Shown here in pieces: positions 1-10,701 of a DNA stretch of 64,000 nt. Position numbers and translations under genes: made by a program. Source of the DNA: Malacoraja senta (Eukaryota); contig CM075987.1 in the NCBI GenBank assembly GCA_038087875.1, positions 25,980,001 to 26,044,000 on the forward strand, read 5' to 3'. Numbering within the stretch: position 1 is the stretch's first letter; each line of letters opens with the position of its first letter. Below the pieces are notes generated by a model. It did not search any database, was not told the origin of the DNA, and saw only the letters and a list, made by a program, of their open reading frames with translations.

Positions 1-298
1 GGGGGGAGGGACGGAGAGAGGGAATGCAGGGGTTACTTGAAGTTAGAGAAATCAATATTCATACCGCTTGGCTGTAAGCTGCCCAAGCGAAATATGAGGT
101 ACTGTTCCTCCAATTTGTGCTGGGTCTCACTCGGACAATGGAGGAGGCCCAGGACAGAAAGGTCAGTGTGGGAATGGGAAGGGGAATTAAAGTGTTTAGT
201 AACCGGGAGATCAGGTCGGTCCAGGCGGACTGAGCGAAGGTGTTCAGCGAAATAATCACGCCGTCTATGATTGGTCTCGCCGATGTATAAGAGTCCAC
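1..298 (-). mobile_element. Penelope-like element 3' fragment (end of GIY-YIG region plus pyrimidine-rich 3' UTR)
   Basis: Reverse complement matches the 'PDLPV..HFNSPSHSHTDLSVLGLLHC..E..KLEEQ.LIFRLG' segment also seen at 16125-16440, 41385-41600 and 50995-51225. Confidence 0.8.
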
Positions 299-965
299 AT
301 CTTGAACATGTGGAGAGGATGTTTCCACTAGTGGGAGAGTCTAGGACTAAAGGTCATAGCCTCAGAATTAAAGGACGTTCTTTTAGGAAGGAGATGAGGA
401 GGAATTTCTTCAGTCAGACAGTGGTGAATCTGTGGAATTATTTGCCACAGAAGGCTGTGGAGGCCAAGTCAGTGGTGGCGCAGCGGTAGAGTTGCTGCCT
501 TACAGCGAATGCAGCGCCGGAGACCCGGGTTCGATCCCGACTACGGGTTCTGTCCGTATGGAGTTTGTACGTTCTCCCCGTGACCCGCGTGGATTTTCTG
601 CGAGATCTTCGGGTTCCTCCCACACTCCAAAGACTTACAGGTTTGTAGGTTAATTGGCTTGGTAAATGTAAAAATTGTCCCTCGTGGATGTTGGATGGTG
701 CCAATGTGCGGGGATTGCTGGTCGGCGCGGACCCGGTGGGTTGAAGGGCCTGTTTCCACGCTGTATCTCTAAACTAAGCTAAACAGTGGATATTTTTAAG
801 GCAGAGATAGATAGATTCTTGATTAGTACTGGTGTCAGGGGTTACGGGGAGAAGGCAGGAGAATGGGGTTAGAAGGGAGAGATAGATCAGCCATGATTGA
901 ATGGCAGAGTAGAATTGATGGGCCAAATGGCCTAATTCTGCTCCTATCACTTATGATCTTATGAT
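299..965 (+). mobile_element. CR1/HER1-type LINE 3' fragment interrupted by an HE1 SINE
   Basis: Translates VERMFPLVGESRTKGHSLRIKGRSFRKEMRRNFFSQTVVNLWN (CR1 ORF2 C-terminus); resumes at about 784; 3' GGGCCAAATGGCCT hairpin and (TTATGATC)n tail. Confidence 0.85.
472..783 (+). mobile_element. HE1-type V-SINE
   Basis: A box TGGCGCAGCGG, B box GGTTCGATCC, V-domain (GGGTTTTCT..CCTCCCACACTCCAAAGAC), CR1-like tail GAAGGGCCTGTTTCC and (CTAAA)n; CAGTGG on both sides. Confidence 0.9.
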
Positions 966-1512
966 CTTGAACAACGGATACAGAAAGGCTCGGCAGGCAC
1001 GGACAGTCCAACAGCACCATCTCTTGTCAGCTTCACAAAGATGCCCTTGTGTCACTTGAAATAAATGCAGTGACCTGATTGTTGTGCAGTGAGAAAGATT
1101 GCCAGCGAACTTAAATGGATTCGGGTGAAGCAAGTATTCGTGGGATTTTGAAAGAAAAAGTGACCTCGTCATTCTGAAGGTAAACACAAAACATTGGGGA
1201 AACTCAGCGGGACAGGCAGCATCTCTGGAGAAAAGGAGTGGGTGACGTTTCGGGTCGCGACCCTTCCTCACTCTGAGAGGCAGGCGAGAGGTGCATTAAG
1301 AGATATGGAAGGTTAAGGTGTGAAAATGACAGATCAAAACAGAAAACGGTAAAAGGAAATGCAGAATAGTTCATTGTTAGCAGAGGGGAAGGTGTGCGAT
1401 CAGTAATAGGACGGTAGATCTAGTCGGAGAACTAGGGTGGGGGAGGGATGGAGAAAGAGGGGAAAACGAGGGTTACTTGAATTTAAAGAAATTTAACATT
1501 ATTCTATTGTGA

Positions 1513-1673
1513 GTAGACAAAAATGCTGGAGAAACTCAGCGGGTGAGGCTGAAGAAGGGTTTCGGCCCGAAAAGTTGCCCATTTCCTTCGCTCCATAGAT
1601 GCTGCCTCACCCGCTGAGTTTCTCCAGCATTTTTGTCTACCTTTGATTTTCCAGCATCTGCAGTTCCTTCTCA
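1513..1673 (+). mobile_element. Short Penelope-derived fold-back element with hammerhead-like core
   Basis: Inverted arms GTAGACAAAAATGCTGGAGAAACTCAGCGGG / CCCGCTGAGTTTCTCCAGCATTTTTGTCTAC; CTGAAGAAGGGTTTCGGCCCGAAA core; 18-bp TSD AACAT(T/C)ATTCTATTGTGA. Confidence 0.8.
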
Positions 1674-1748
1674 AACATCATTCTATTGTGAAATGCCTCT
1701 GGACTTTAGCCCATTCCGAAATGATTATTGAACATGGTAATTACCTAT

Positions 1749-1962
1749 GTGTAGGAAGGAACTGCAGATGCAGGCTTCAACCGAAGATGGACACAAAATG
1801 CTGGAGTAACTCAGCGGGACAGGCAGCATCTCTGGGGAGAAGGAATGGGTGACGTTTCGGGTCGAGGCAAAAAGGGTTTTGCCCCGAACCGTCACCCAAT
1901 CCTTCTCTCCAGAGACGCTGCCTGTCCCGCTGAGTTACTCCAGTATCTTGTGTCTATCTTCA
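1749..1962 (-). mobile_element. Short Penelope-derived fold-back element (second subfamily)
   Basis: TGTAGGAAGGAACTGCAGATG..GAGTAACTCAGCGGGACAGGCAGCATCTCTGG arm and its reverse complement. Confidence 0.8.
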
Positions 1963-2930
1963 GGGTAATTAACTAAACAGAATGGGATATTTGGATTCCA
2001 AAAGTACTATGTTCCGCAATATATTAGCAGGGCGACAGTGTTTCTTTTTTTGCTGCTGGGCTGAATCACATTGACTACTTCTCGAGTTGCTGTGTTCATT
2101 TTTAATTGACTAAAATCCCGCGGATAATCAGCATCAAGACAGTTTCCGGGCACTCTTGTAAGAATGCGGTTTAATTAGATTATTTAGTTGAGGGCAAAGA
2201 GAAAAAAATAATGAAGGACTGCGCTGAATTCTCATTCTCTCTCCACTATATTTTGTGAAAAATAAATTAAATAAAGTTACCTGCTGCTACACTGCAGAAT
2301 TGGCCGATTTAAAGTCCAGCTGTTTTGGGCAGACCACGTGATATTTTTAAAATATCTTTTTCTTTCTTCTCCCTAAACATTATATTCAAGAATCAAGGTG
2401 AAGGATTCAATTGAAAAACTGAGGATATGAGTGAAATATGAAAGAGTCCGTGTACATCTGCAAAGGTCTTTTGATTAATAGCAAACCATGTGTAGGAAGG
2501 AACTGCAGATGCTGGCTTAAACCGAAGACAGTACATATCTAATTGTTTCTTAGACATTGCGATAGTCCCTGCATCAACTACCTCCTCTAGCAGCTTGTTG
2601 CATACACCCACCACGCTTTGTGTAAATAAAGTTATCCCTCAGGGATATTGGCCAAGCGCAGGCAGGAGAGACTCGTGTAGATGGGACATGTTGGTCGGTG
2701 TGGGCAAGTTGGGCCGAAGGGCCTGTTTCCATGTTGTATGACTCAATGGCAGCATTTGAACGGAACCTTAACCAAATACAACAGCCTGAATATATATTAG
2801 TGTCAGATACCTGCGTGGGTTTCCTTCGGGTGCTCCGGTTTCCTCCCACACTCCAAAGACGTACAGGTTTGTAGGTTAATTGTCTTTGGTCAAATTGTTA
2901 AATGTCCCTATCGTGTGTAGGATAGTGTTA

Positions 2931-3250
2931 TAGCCCTGTCCCACGGTGCGAGTTCATTCCAAGAGCTCTCCCGAGTTTAAAAAAAATCAAACTCGTGATA
3001 AGCACGGAGAATGAACGTAGCGGGTACGTCGGAGCTCGGGGACATCTCTTAGTGCTAACGGCAGGTACTCGGGAAGACTCGCTAACGGCAGATAAGCACG
3101 GGAAGACTCGTGAAGATTTTTCAACATGATGAAAAATGTCCACGAGAGCCCCGAGTACCGACGAGTGGCCATTACCGTAAATCTCCGAGTTCGAATCAGG
3201 GCAAACGCGGGAGAACTCTTGGAATGAACTCGTACCGTGGGACAGGGGTT
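2931..3250. mobile_element. PIF/Harbinger-type MITE, family A, inside an HE1 SINE (2809-3322)
   Basis: TIR CCCTGTCCCACGGT(G/A)CGAGTTCATTCCAAGAG; TTA/TCA flanks. Confidence 0.8.
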
Positions 3251-4241
3251 TCAATCTGCGTGGATCGCTGGGCGGTGCGGACTTGGTGGGTCAAAGGGCA
3301 TGTTTCCGCACTGCATCTCTAAGTAGATACTATACGATATGATACGACACATTGCGATACAATACGATAGAACTTCGTCACAGGAGGGAAATTGATCTGC
3401 CAACATTCATAAAAACACAAAATACATGAAATATAAATGTCAGGGTTTGCAGAAGATATTTTGCAAACCATAGTCGAGAAGCTACGGATAGAACAAGGTG
3501 TTGAAGATGTACAAACATTCCTGACTTAGGAGGCAGAGAATCAGTGGGCTCTTCCACCATGACCAGGACCAGGGAAACGACCAGAGGAGACGCCGTTGCA
3601 CTGATTCGCTGGGACCGTGGGAAGCGTGGGAGCAGGAGTGCGTCATGTCCATTAGATCATCTATCACGGTGGCAGACGCATGATATAATGATAATGATAT
3701 TGTTGACTAATTGTAGCCATCGATCTCGTTCAGTTAGTCGGCAACTGACCCAGAAACGTCATAAGGGATACACCAGTGACAGGAAGCTTTGGGAGCCATT
3801 AGCGTCGGAGTTATCTCTCCCTGGACAGTGTTGTCACAATTAGCTCAGGCCTTGGTTTAAATTACTCATACGCTGCGTTACAAAATGTTATTTGCTGAGA
3901 GAAATCTATCTCGTTTGCATTTGAATTAAAAACACTGATCTGTGTCGAAACAAATCTGTGTGATGAAAAGTGACAACGAAGAGAGGTGGGAATGGAAATG
4001 CGATACAGGTGGCTGCCTGCGCAGATATACCAAATAAAATAAATCTCTTAGACTTGTCTTTCATTATTTGCTGGGATAAAACTCCATAGCTTCCTGTTTA
4101 GTGTAGTTTAGAGATACAGCACGGAAACAGGCCCTTCGGCCCACCGAGTCCATGCCGACCAGCGATCCCTGCACACAAGCACCACCCTACGCATGCTTGG
4201 GACAATTTACGTTTATTCCAAGCCAATCATCCTACAAACCT

Positions 4242-4426
4242 GAAGGTAGACAAAAATGCTGGAGAAACTCAGTGGGTGAGGCAGCATCTATTGAGCGAAG
4301 GACCCGATCTTGACCCGAAACGCCGCCTATTCCTTCGCTCCATAGATGCTGCCTCACCCGCTGAGTTTCTCCAGATTTTTTGTCTACCTTCGACTTTTCC
4401 AACATCTGCAGTTCTTTCTTAAACAT
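4242..4426 (+). mobile_element. Short Penelope-derived fold-back element
   Basis: Same inverted arms and CAGTTC(C/T)TTCTTAAACA end as 1513-1673 and 31922-32221. Confidence 0.8.
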
Positions 4427-4429
4427 GCT

Positions 4430-4974
4430 ACATCTGAGGATCTGACATGGACATCACACGCTGCAGCACTGGTGAGTAAGGCAAGGCAGCGCCTTTACCA
4501 CCTCAGGCAATTGAGGAAATTCAGAGTGTCTCCGAAGATCCTCCAGTGCTTTTACTCAGCGGCTGTGGAAAGCATCTTGTCCGGAAATATTACAATCTGG
4601 TTTGGGAATTGCTCTGCCCAGGACAAGAAGGCTCTGCAGAGAGTAGTGCGTTCGGCCGAACGCACAATGGAAACTGCACTCGCCCCCCTGCAGGAACTAT
4701 ACATCAGAAGGTGCAAATCCAGAGCCAACAAGATCATGGGGGACCCCTTCCACCCCAGCAACGGACTGTTCCAGCTGCTCCGGTCAGGCAAACGCCTCCG
4801 TTGCCATGCTGTGAGAACAGAGAGGTTGAGAAGGAGTTTCTTCCCAGAGGCCATTAGGACAGTAAACTCCTATCTCACCAGGGACTAACTTTACTGAACC
4901 ACTCTACTGTCTTTTAAAAATTGCTGTTTTTTCCCCCCTTTTTCCTTCCGCCCACAATATTCAAAATGTAAAAG
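4430..4974 (+). mobile_element. Rex1/Babar-type LINE 3' fragment; its 3' UTR continues at 9732-9864
   Basis: SEDLTWTSH..KARQRLYHLRQLRKF..FYSAAVESILSGNITIWFGNCS..DPFHPSNGLFQLLRSGKRLR..SFFPEAIR (DUF1891-type region); AATAAA(CTTGA)n tail at about 9844-9864. Confidence 0.85.
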
Positions 4975-5190
4975 AATAGTAAGATTAAACGAGAACTTAC
5001 CAGTTTGAAGTTTGATCATTATTTTATGAGGAGTATGTTGAGGGATTACATGAAGACCCCGCCAGGACGCGTGCGTGTCATTCTTCAAAGCAGCGGTGTG
5101 AAATCACAGATAACTGTAATGACTGAACATAGTAAGATTAGAAAAGATGATACCAGTTGAGTATATGATCAAGGGTGGGAGCGGAGGGCA

Positions 5191-5300
5191 CGTATTCCCT
5201 CAACGTACTCCTCATAAAATAATGATCAAACTTCGAACTGGTAAGTTCTCGTTTAATCTTACTATTTTACTTCGGAGTCACGTGAGTGACTACGTGAAGA
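5191..5300. repeat. DIRS internal complementary region (ICR)
   Basis: 5191-5266 is the reverse complement of about 4975-5050; 5263-5300 is the reverse complement of about 9694-9731. Confidence 0.9.
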
Positions 5301-5464
5301 TTTCAAAGCTCTGTGATTTCATGCCGTGGAAACGAGTCCATGCATCACATCTGCCTTAATGACTATGGGAGGAATTGTGTTAACATGTTTAGACATGAAT
5401 ACGACATTGAAATCCACGATAAAGTTATTAACACCAAATTATAGCCCCTATTTATGGGGTGAAA

Positions 5465-6442
5465 TTATATTACAGAACTTAAAATTGTTTCTGCAAACGT
5501 TCCAGATTTAATTACTGGTTTATGATAAAATAGTTGGAAAGGTTTCTCCGTTGACCATCCTGCTGTCTTGAGGATTTGGTCCATCGGAACATCCAACTGC
5601 ATAGCTGCCGATGAAGCTGCAGCCCTGGTGGAATGAGATTTGAAAATGTTAGTATCCACCCCAGCCTTTAATAGAACCTGTTTCAGCCATCTTGAGATGG
5701 TCTGGACCGTCACTTTTTTGTGAGGTTGCTTGTGGCTGATTAATAGTGCCATCTCTTTGCCTCTGATGATTTTCATGTTCTCCATATATAGCAGTAAATG
5801 TCTTACTATATAGAGACGATCATCTGTCGGGTAAGCCCTAAATTCTATATTGAGGCCTGCTGACCCCTGTCTGTTCTGCTTGACTAATTCATAAATATGA
5901 CACGTTATATTTCCAGATGAAGAAGTCATGTTGTCCAGTCTTAACTTATGTAATGACTGTACCCTTTGTGCCGTGACCAATGCCATCAGCATGACTGTTT
6001 TCAGTGTCAGTCTTTGTAGGGACAGAGTTTTTGCTGGAGACCAATTCCTTAGCATCATCAGGACAATACTCACATCCCATATTTGGGAGTACCTGGTTCT
6101 TGGGGGATTGATATTAAAAATTCCCCTCATACGTTTTGTTACCAGGGGGTGAGTTCCAACAGAATGACGCTCTGTTCCTTGGTATAGATATGTTGACAGG
6201 GCACTTCTGGCGCAGTTGATGGCACTATAACTGAGCCCCTCATCGTAATGGAGGCCTGCCAGGAATTCCAGAACAGACAGGATGTTCATGGATGTGTAGG
6301 TGATGTTGTTTCTGTGACAGTACATCTCCCATTTCCTGATGTATACCAGGTACTGTTTTTTGGTGGACTGTCTGTGGGCCGCTGAAATAATGTTCACTGT
6401 TCGGTCCGTCAGTCCCAGTTGCAGTAGAGGTACTTTTAGACT
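5465..6442 (-). CDS. DIRS tyrosine recombinase (open frame, no ATG at its 5' end)
   Basis: N-terminal SAM-like region (STKKQY..W..YC..LEFL..GLSYSAINCARSALS); catalytic R (TAQRVQSL), HSTR, AGWS and Y (FQLFYHKP). Confidence 0.9.
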   Translation of the reverse strand, partial: SLKVPLLQLGLTDRTVNIISAAHRQSTKKQYLVYIRKWEMYCHRNNITYTSMNILSVLEFLAGLHYDEGLSYSAINCARSALSTYLYQGTERHSVGTHPLVTKRMRGIFNINPPRTRYSQIWDVSIVLMMLRNWSPAKTLSLQRLTLKTVMLMALVTAQRVQSLHKLRLDNMTSSSGNITCHIYELVKQNRQGSAGLNIEFRAYPTDDRLYIVRHLLLYMENMKIIRGKEMALLISHKQPHKKVTVQTISRWLKQVLLKAGVDTNIFKSHSTRAAASSAAMQLDVPMDQILKTAGWSTEKPFQLFYHKPVIKSGTFAETILSSVI

Positions 6443-7100
6443 CTACAAATTAATAAGTTCATATGGTTATGACATGGGTGGCTTTCCCTTGTTACGGGAT
6501 GAACCAGTAAATCTGGTCTATGCCAGATGGTGGTGCATGGTTCTAATACCATGTCGAATATCACAGGGAACCATGGTTGAGTAGGCCAATCGGGTACTAC
6601 CAAAATACCAGACGCAGAGTCTTGCTGTATTTTCCTTAATACCCGACTGATGAGGCAGAAAGGAGGGAATGCATAAATAAACAATTTCCCCCAATGCAGC
6701 GAAAATGCATCTGTCGCCTCTGCCCCAGGATCTGGTTCCCATGAAACATAGTTTGATAACTGGTGATTAAGCCTGGATGCGAATAGATCGATATCTGGTG
6801 TTCCATACCATGCTGTAATATCAGCAAATACTTTTTTATCCAACATCCATTCGGTATTTTCATTAAATTTGCGTGACCTGGTGTCTGCCACTGAATTTAG
6901 TTTACTTGGTAGGTAAGTGGCTGATATCCAAATATTTTTCTGGATACACCATTGCCAAATTGTGTTGGCCAGCTTGTCACATGATATCGATTTGTTTCCA
7001 CCCATGTGGTTGATATATGCTACCACCATGATATTGTCAATCTGTAGTCTAACATGCTGGTGACATAACCCAGAACAATATGACTTTAGGCCATACAGCT
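6436..7100 (-). pseudogene. DIRS RNase H C-terminal part plus Dam-like DNA adenine methyltransferase domain
   Basis: IDN..VAYINHMGG, YLPSKLNSVADTRSR (RNase H); PDIDLFAS, DAFSLHW, YAFPPF, VVPDWPTQPWF (DIRS MT domain). Confidence 0.88.
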
Positions 7101-8285
7101 GGAGATGGAATTGGTAGCACCCCAACCAAGTGCACTGGCATCCGTTTGTAGCACCATAGAAGGGTTTCTGATAACGATTGGATTGGAACAATGCCGACTG
7201 TTATCTGTCCACCATTTTAGTTCCATTATGGCTTCGATTGGTAGCTTCATTGGTCTGTCAAAATGACCAGCATTAACTTTGAGTGCTCGTATCTTTGCCC
7301 TCTGTAAATTTTGATAATGTAAAGGTCCAAATTGTGTGGCTGGAAAGGCAGCCACTATTTTGCCAATTATTCTTGCTACCAATCTGATGGATGGTTTACT
7401 GATGAGGGTATTGCAAGCCTCTATTAAGGCTGTAGCCTTTTCCTTAGGCAAAGTCACCGACATGTGAACTGAGTTCTTGGTGAACCCCAAATAATCCATT
7501 GTGGTGGAAGGGTTTAATTTAGATTTAACTGGATGGATGATAAACCCCAGTTTTTTAAATAATTGTTTTGTGGCTGTTACCGTTTCTTTGGCCAATTCCA
7601 AAGTTTTGCCCACAATGAGGATGTCATCTAGTTATGCCATCACCATGTGTTTTTGTTTCCGCAGAAACGAGAGAGCTGGTTTCAAAATTTTAGTGAACAG
7701 CCTAGGGACTGAGGTTAGCCCATTTGGTAGTGCTCTGTACTGCCAGAGCTGTCCCATCCAGTTGAATTTTAAATAACATCTGTGGTCACCTCGTATAGGG
7801 ACTGAACAGTAAGCATCTTTTAAATCGATGCTAGCCATGAAGTAACCTTTGGAAATCAATTGTTTAGCAGTAACAAAGGTTTCCATTGTGAAATGAATAT
7901 ATTGTACAAACGTATTCAAATTTGTCAAATCTATGATGATGCGACAACCACCATCTTTTTTGTTTTTGGTAAAGATATTGGACACAAATTCCATCGATTC
8001 GTGTTGGGTTTTTCCAATTACCCGTTTTGCGTAAAGCCGCTCCAGTTCAGCACGTGCTTCTGATTTTTCTTTACCTGAAAGTACGAACATTCGATTCGGT
8101 ACATGCTGAACTGGAGGGCTATGTTTGTGTATAAATTCTATGGTATATCCCTGGATACTGCTTAAAATATAAGTGTCTGTAGTTAACATACTCCATTCAT
8201 CCAGAAAGAAGTGTAATCTCCCACTAACCTCCATACTCCCTGCAATTCGTAAGGAACCAGACCCACCTACCTCCATAGTTACCAC
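7086..8285 (-). pseudogene. DIRS reverse transcriptase and RNase H N-terminal part
   Basis: KKDGGCRIIIDL, IDLKDAY, ALPNGLTSVPRLFTK; YLDD motif reads TAA-CTA-GAT-GAC (nonsense at Y); LQTDASALGWGA followed by a deletion/frameshift. Confidence 0.92.
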
Positions 8286-9523
8286 TGGCTGGTTTCCTTC
8301 CTATTGTGAATCCTTCGTGGAGGTTGAGCCGCCGGCGTCTGGGTTTGTGGTTGGGTTGGCGTTGGGGGTTTGCGCATCTTCCACGAAGGCTGGTCTGGGC
8401 CATGGCCTAAAAAAGACCCATGTGCAGTGTACCTGGCCTTTGAGCTTTCACCAGTTTGTCTTGTTCTACTGGTGGGTGCATAAGGGTGCTGTTTATGACC
8501 ATAGTAGGGTTTTGATGATGTCGCTTTGATGAGCCCCAGGGTTTTTGCCTCCTCATCGAGCTCTTTGACTTGCTTGGTTGGATAGGTTACCTCCAAATAG
8601 TAAAATTGGTGGTTTTATATTTCCAGGTTTGCACAGACCTGCAAATTTCGGGTTTAAAGCAGGTCGAATGGCACTCTTCCTGATGCTGTTTATTTCGTAT
8701 TGTGTATTACAGAGCAGTGCCAGTGCATCCTGTTGATACTGCGACATCTCCTTTTCATCTACTGTCCGGGCGAAAGCTGTTATTCCCGTTGTTAGGAGCT
8801 TTAGTACTTTTTGGAGTTTGACATCCCATGCCTCTAACTCCTGCTCCGACGTGTTTCCATATGCAATTATTTACAATGGGAACATTCAGGGATGTACAGT
8901 TCCCAGGTGGCAAATGTCTTGCCGTGGTGTCCAATACAGCCTGTTCCTGTAGCTGCTTAAATTACATATAGTCAATACTGGCAGCTAGTTTCGGTTCCAG
9001 GTTTCGGCCAGTTTGGTCTGGCTGTATGAATTGGGACACCATGTCCAGTAGATTGTGGTCTTCCTGCACCCCTCGCACACTTGATGTTTGTTCTGGAAAC
9101 CCCTCTTCAGGGTCAACCCAGAATTGACCCCCAGTACTCCCCTCTGACGAGGGAGATGCACTGTGCAGACCTACAAGAGGTGCTGCTGTGGGTGTATTAA
9201 ATTGCCCACAGTGACTAGACTCCATCTCCCGGAGCCTGTCACGTTGCAGCATTTGCTCCATAAGCCGCTCCATCCGGCTCCAGCGTTCACGGCCGCTGGC
9301 CGCTCGCGGCTGCTCAAAGTCGGACTCATCCGAGTCAACGACTCTATTAGACTTTTGTATTGCCTTACCGCCCGGCCGCGGTGTAGATCTGGCCGAAGTC
9401 GGGCACAGCTGTTCCCATTACGGGTGATTCACGTGCCGCTGGCCGCTGCTGGCTGCCCGTAACTCCGCGGTCCTCCCTCGCCAGCTTTGGAGCAGCCTTC
9501 TTGGTTTTCCTTGTTTTGTCCAT
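8279..9523 (-). pseudogene. DIRS ORF1 (gag-like), frameshifted
   Basis: ATG at 9523; fragments 8962-9273, 8553-8747 (DALALLCNTQYEINSIRKSAIRPALNPKF..LLFG) and 8279-8596; overlaps the RT start as in DIRS1. Confidence 0.75.
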
Positions 9524-10084
9524 TGGAGTCTACACCTGTAAAACAGTATGTAGAACAAAAAAAAAAGAACGCAGAGTATCACTTACCTGCAGTTCCCGGC
9601 TTTTAAATTTTGCCGGTGAGGGGGAACGTCGTTCCACCTGTGACTGTTTCGCAATGCGTGTAGCGATATGACACGCATGCGTCCTGGCGGGGTTCTTCAC
9701 GTAGTCACTCATGTGACTCCGAAGTAAAATATGTGATTCTATTCTTCCATTCTGTTTGTAGTTTGCTTGTTTGTTTGTTTTTGCACAATCCGCCAGCATT
9801 GCCACTTTTCATTTCACTGCACATCTCGTATGTGTATGTGACGAATAAACTTGACTTGACTTGAGGCTGAGACTGGAAACCTGTACGTCTTTGGAATGTG
9901 GGAGGAAACTGAAGATCTTGGAGAAAATTCAGGTGGTCACAGGGGGAACGTACAAACTCCAAACACACAGCACCCGCAGTCAGGATAGAACCGAGTCTCC
10001 GGGGTTGAAAGCGCTGTAAGGCAGTAAACTCTACCACTGCGCCACCGATAACATTAATCAGGACGCAGAGAGGAACTTCAATAA

Positions 10085-10299
10085 AGGGCATGTCCCACTT
10101 GGGCGTCATTTGCGCGCCATGCAGGTGGCGAACGAAGATTTCGTGAATCCCCAAAATCCTGGGGCGCTGTGCGCGACCGCGCGTCACTGCCTACCTCACC
10201 ACGCACCATGCGCGCATAATGCACGACATGCGCGCATCACGTACCCGTCACTACGCGTAAATGATGTCGCGCAAATGACGCCCAAGTGGGACAGGCCCT
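10085..10299. mobile_element. PIF/Harbinger-type MITE, family C
   Basis: About 33-bp TIR AGGGC(A/C)TGTCCCACTTGGGCGTCATTTGCGCG; TAA TSD. Confidence 0.88.
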
Positions 10300-10701
10300 T
10301 AAGAGTTCAAACAAGTACTTAAGTGCAACAGCTGAATGTTATTTTTCCCGAGCATTCCGTGTTTTTTAATTGCCTTGAAACTTTGGCTGCATTACTGTAC
10401 AAATTCCCTTCACTTCCCACAATTAACTTCTTTGAAATTCCTCAAAAAGCTCCACCCCATCGCTCAATAACTTGAGGTGAACTGTCTGGAATAAATTAGC
10501 TCAAGAGAATGAAGAGTATAAATGATTCAAGATTCAAGTGTCTGCATTTATTTCCCATGGCTAATCACTTTAAATGCTCATCTACACTATTTTTTTTTTT
10601 TACACACTCTTGCTTCAAGGCAACAATCCTTTATCTTCTTAATTTTCTTTGCATTGATATTTCTTTAAATGTAATGAGATGAGAATTAGCAAAAAGCTAA
10701 A

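Larger units (their letters stand above)
4975..9731 (-). mobile_element. DIRS1-like tyrosine-recombinase retrotransposon, near full length and defective
   Basis: gag-like, RT, RNase H, MT and YR ORFs in DIRS order; ITRs (5051-5081 vs 9668-9698) and ICR (5191-5300) complementary to both ends. Confidence 0.95.
4097..10047 (-). mobile_element. HE1 SINE split into 4097-4242 and 9877-10047 by nested insertions
   Basis: The two halves join at AAACCTG into one continuous HE1 consensus. Confidence 0.8.

Noticed and set aside
472..545. tRNA genes at A/B-box motifs
   Set aside because: Each continues into the HE1 V-domain and LINE tail, so these are SINE heads rather than tRNAs
1513..1962. Classifying the palindromic short elements as DNA-transposon MITEs
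   Set aside because: Asymmetric arms, long variable TSDs and continuity with Penelope GIY-YIG 3' ends indicate retroposons
5465..6860. Prophage or bacterial integrase plus Dam methylase (contamination)
   Set aside because: Fully explained by DIRS1 architecture embedded in vertebrate repeats
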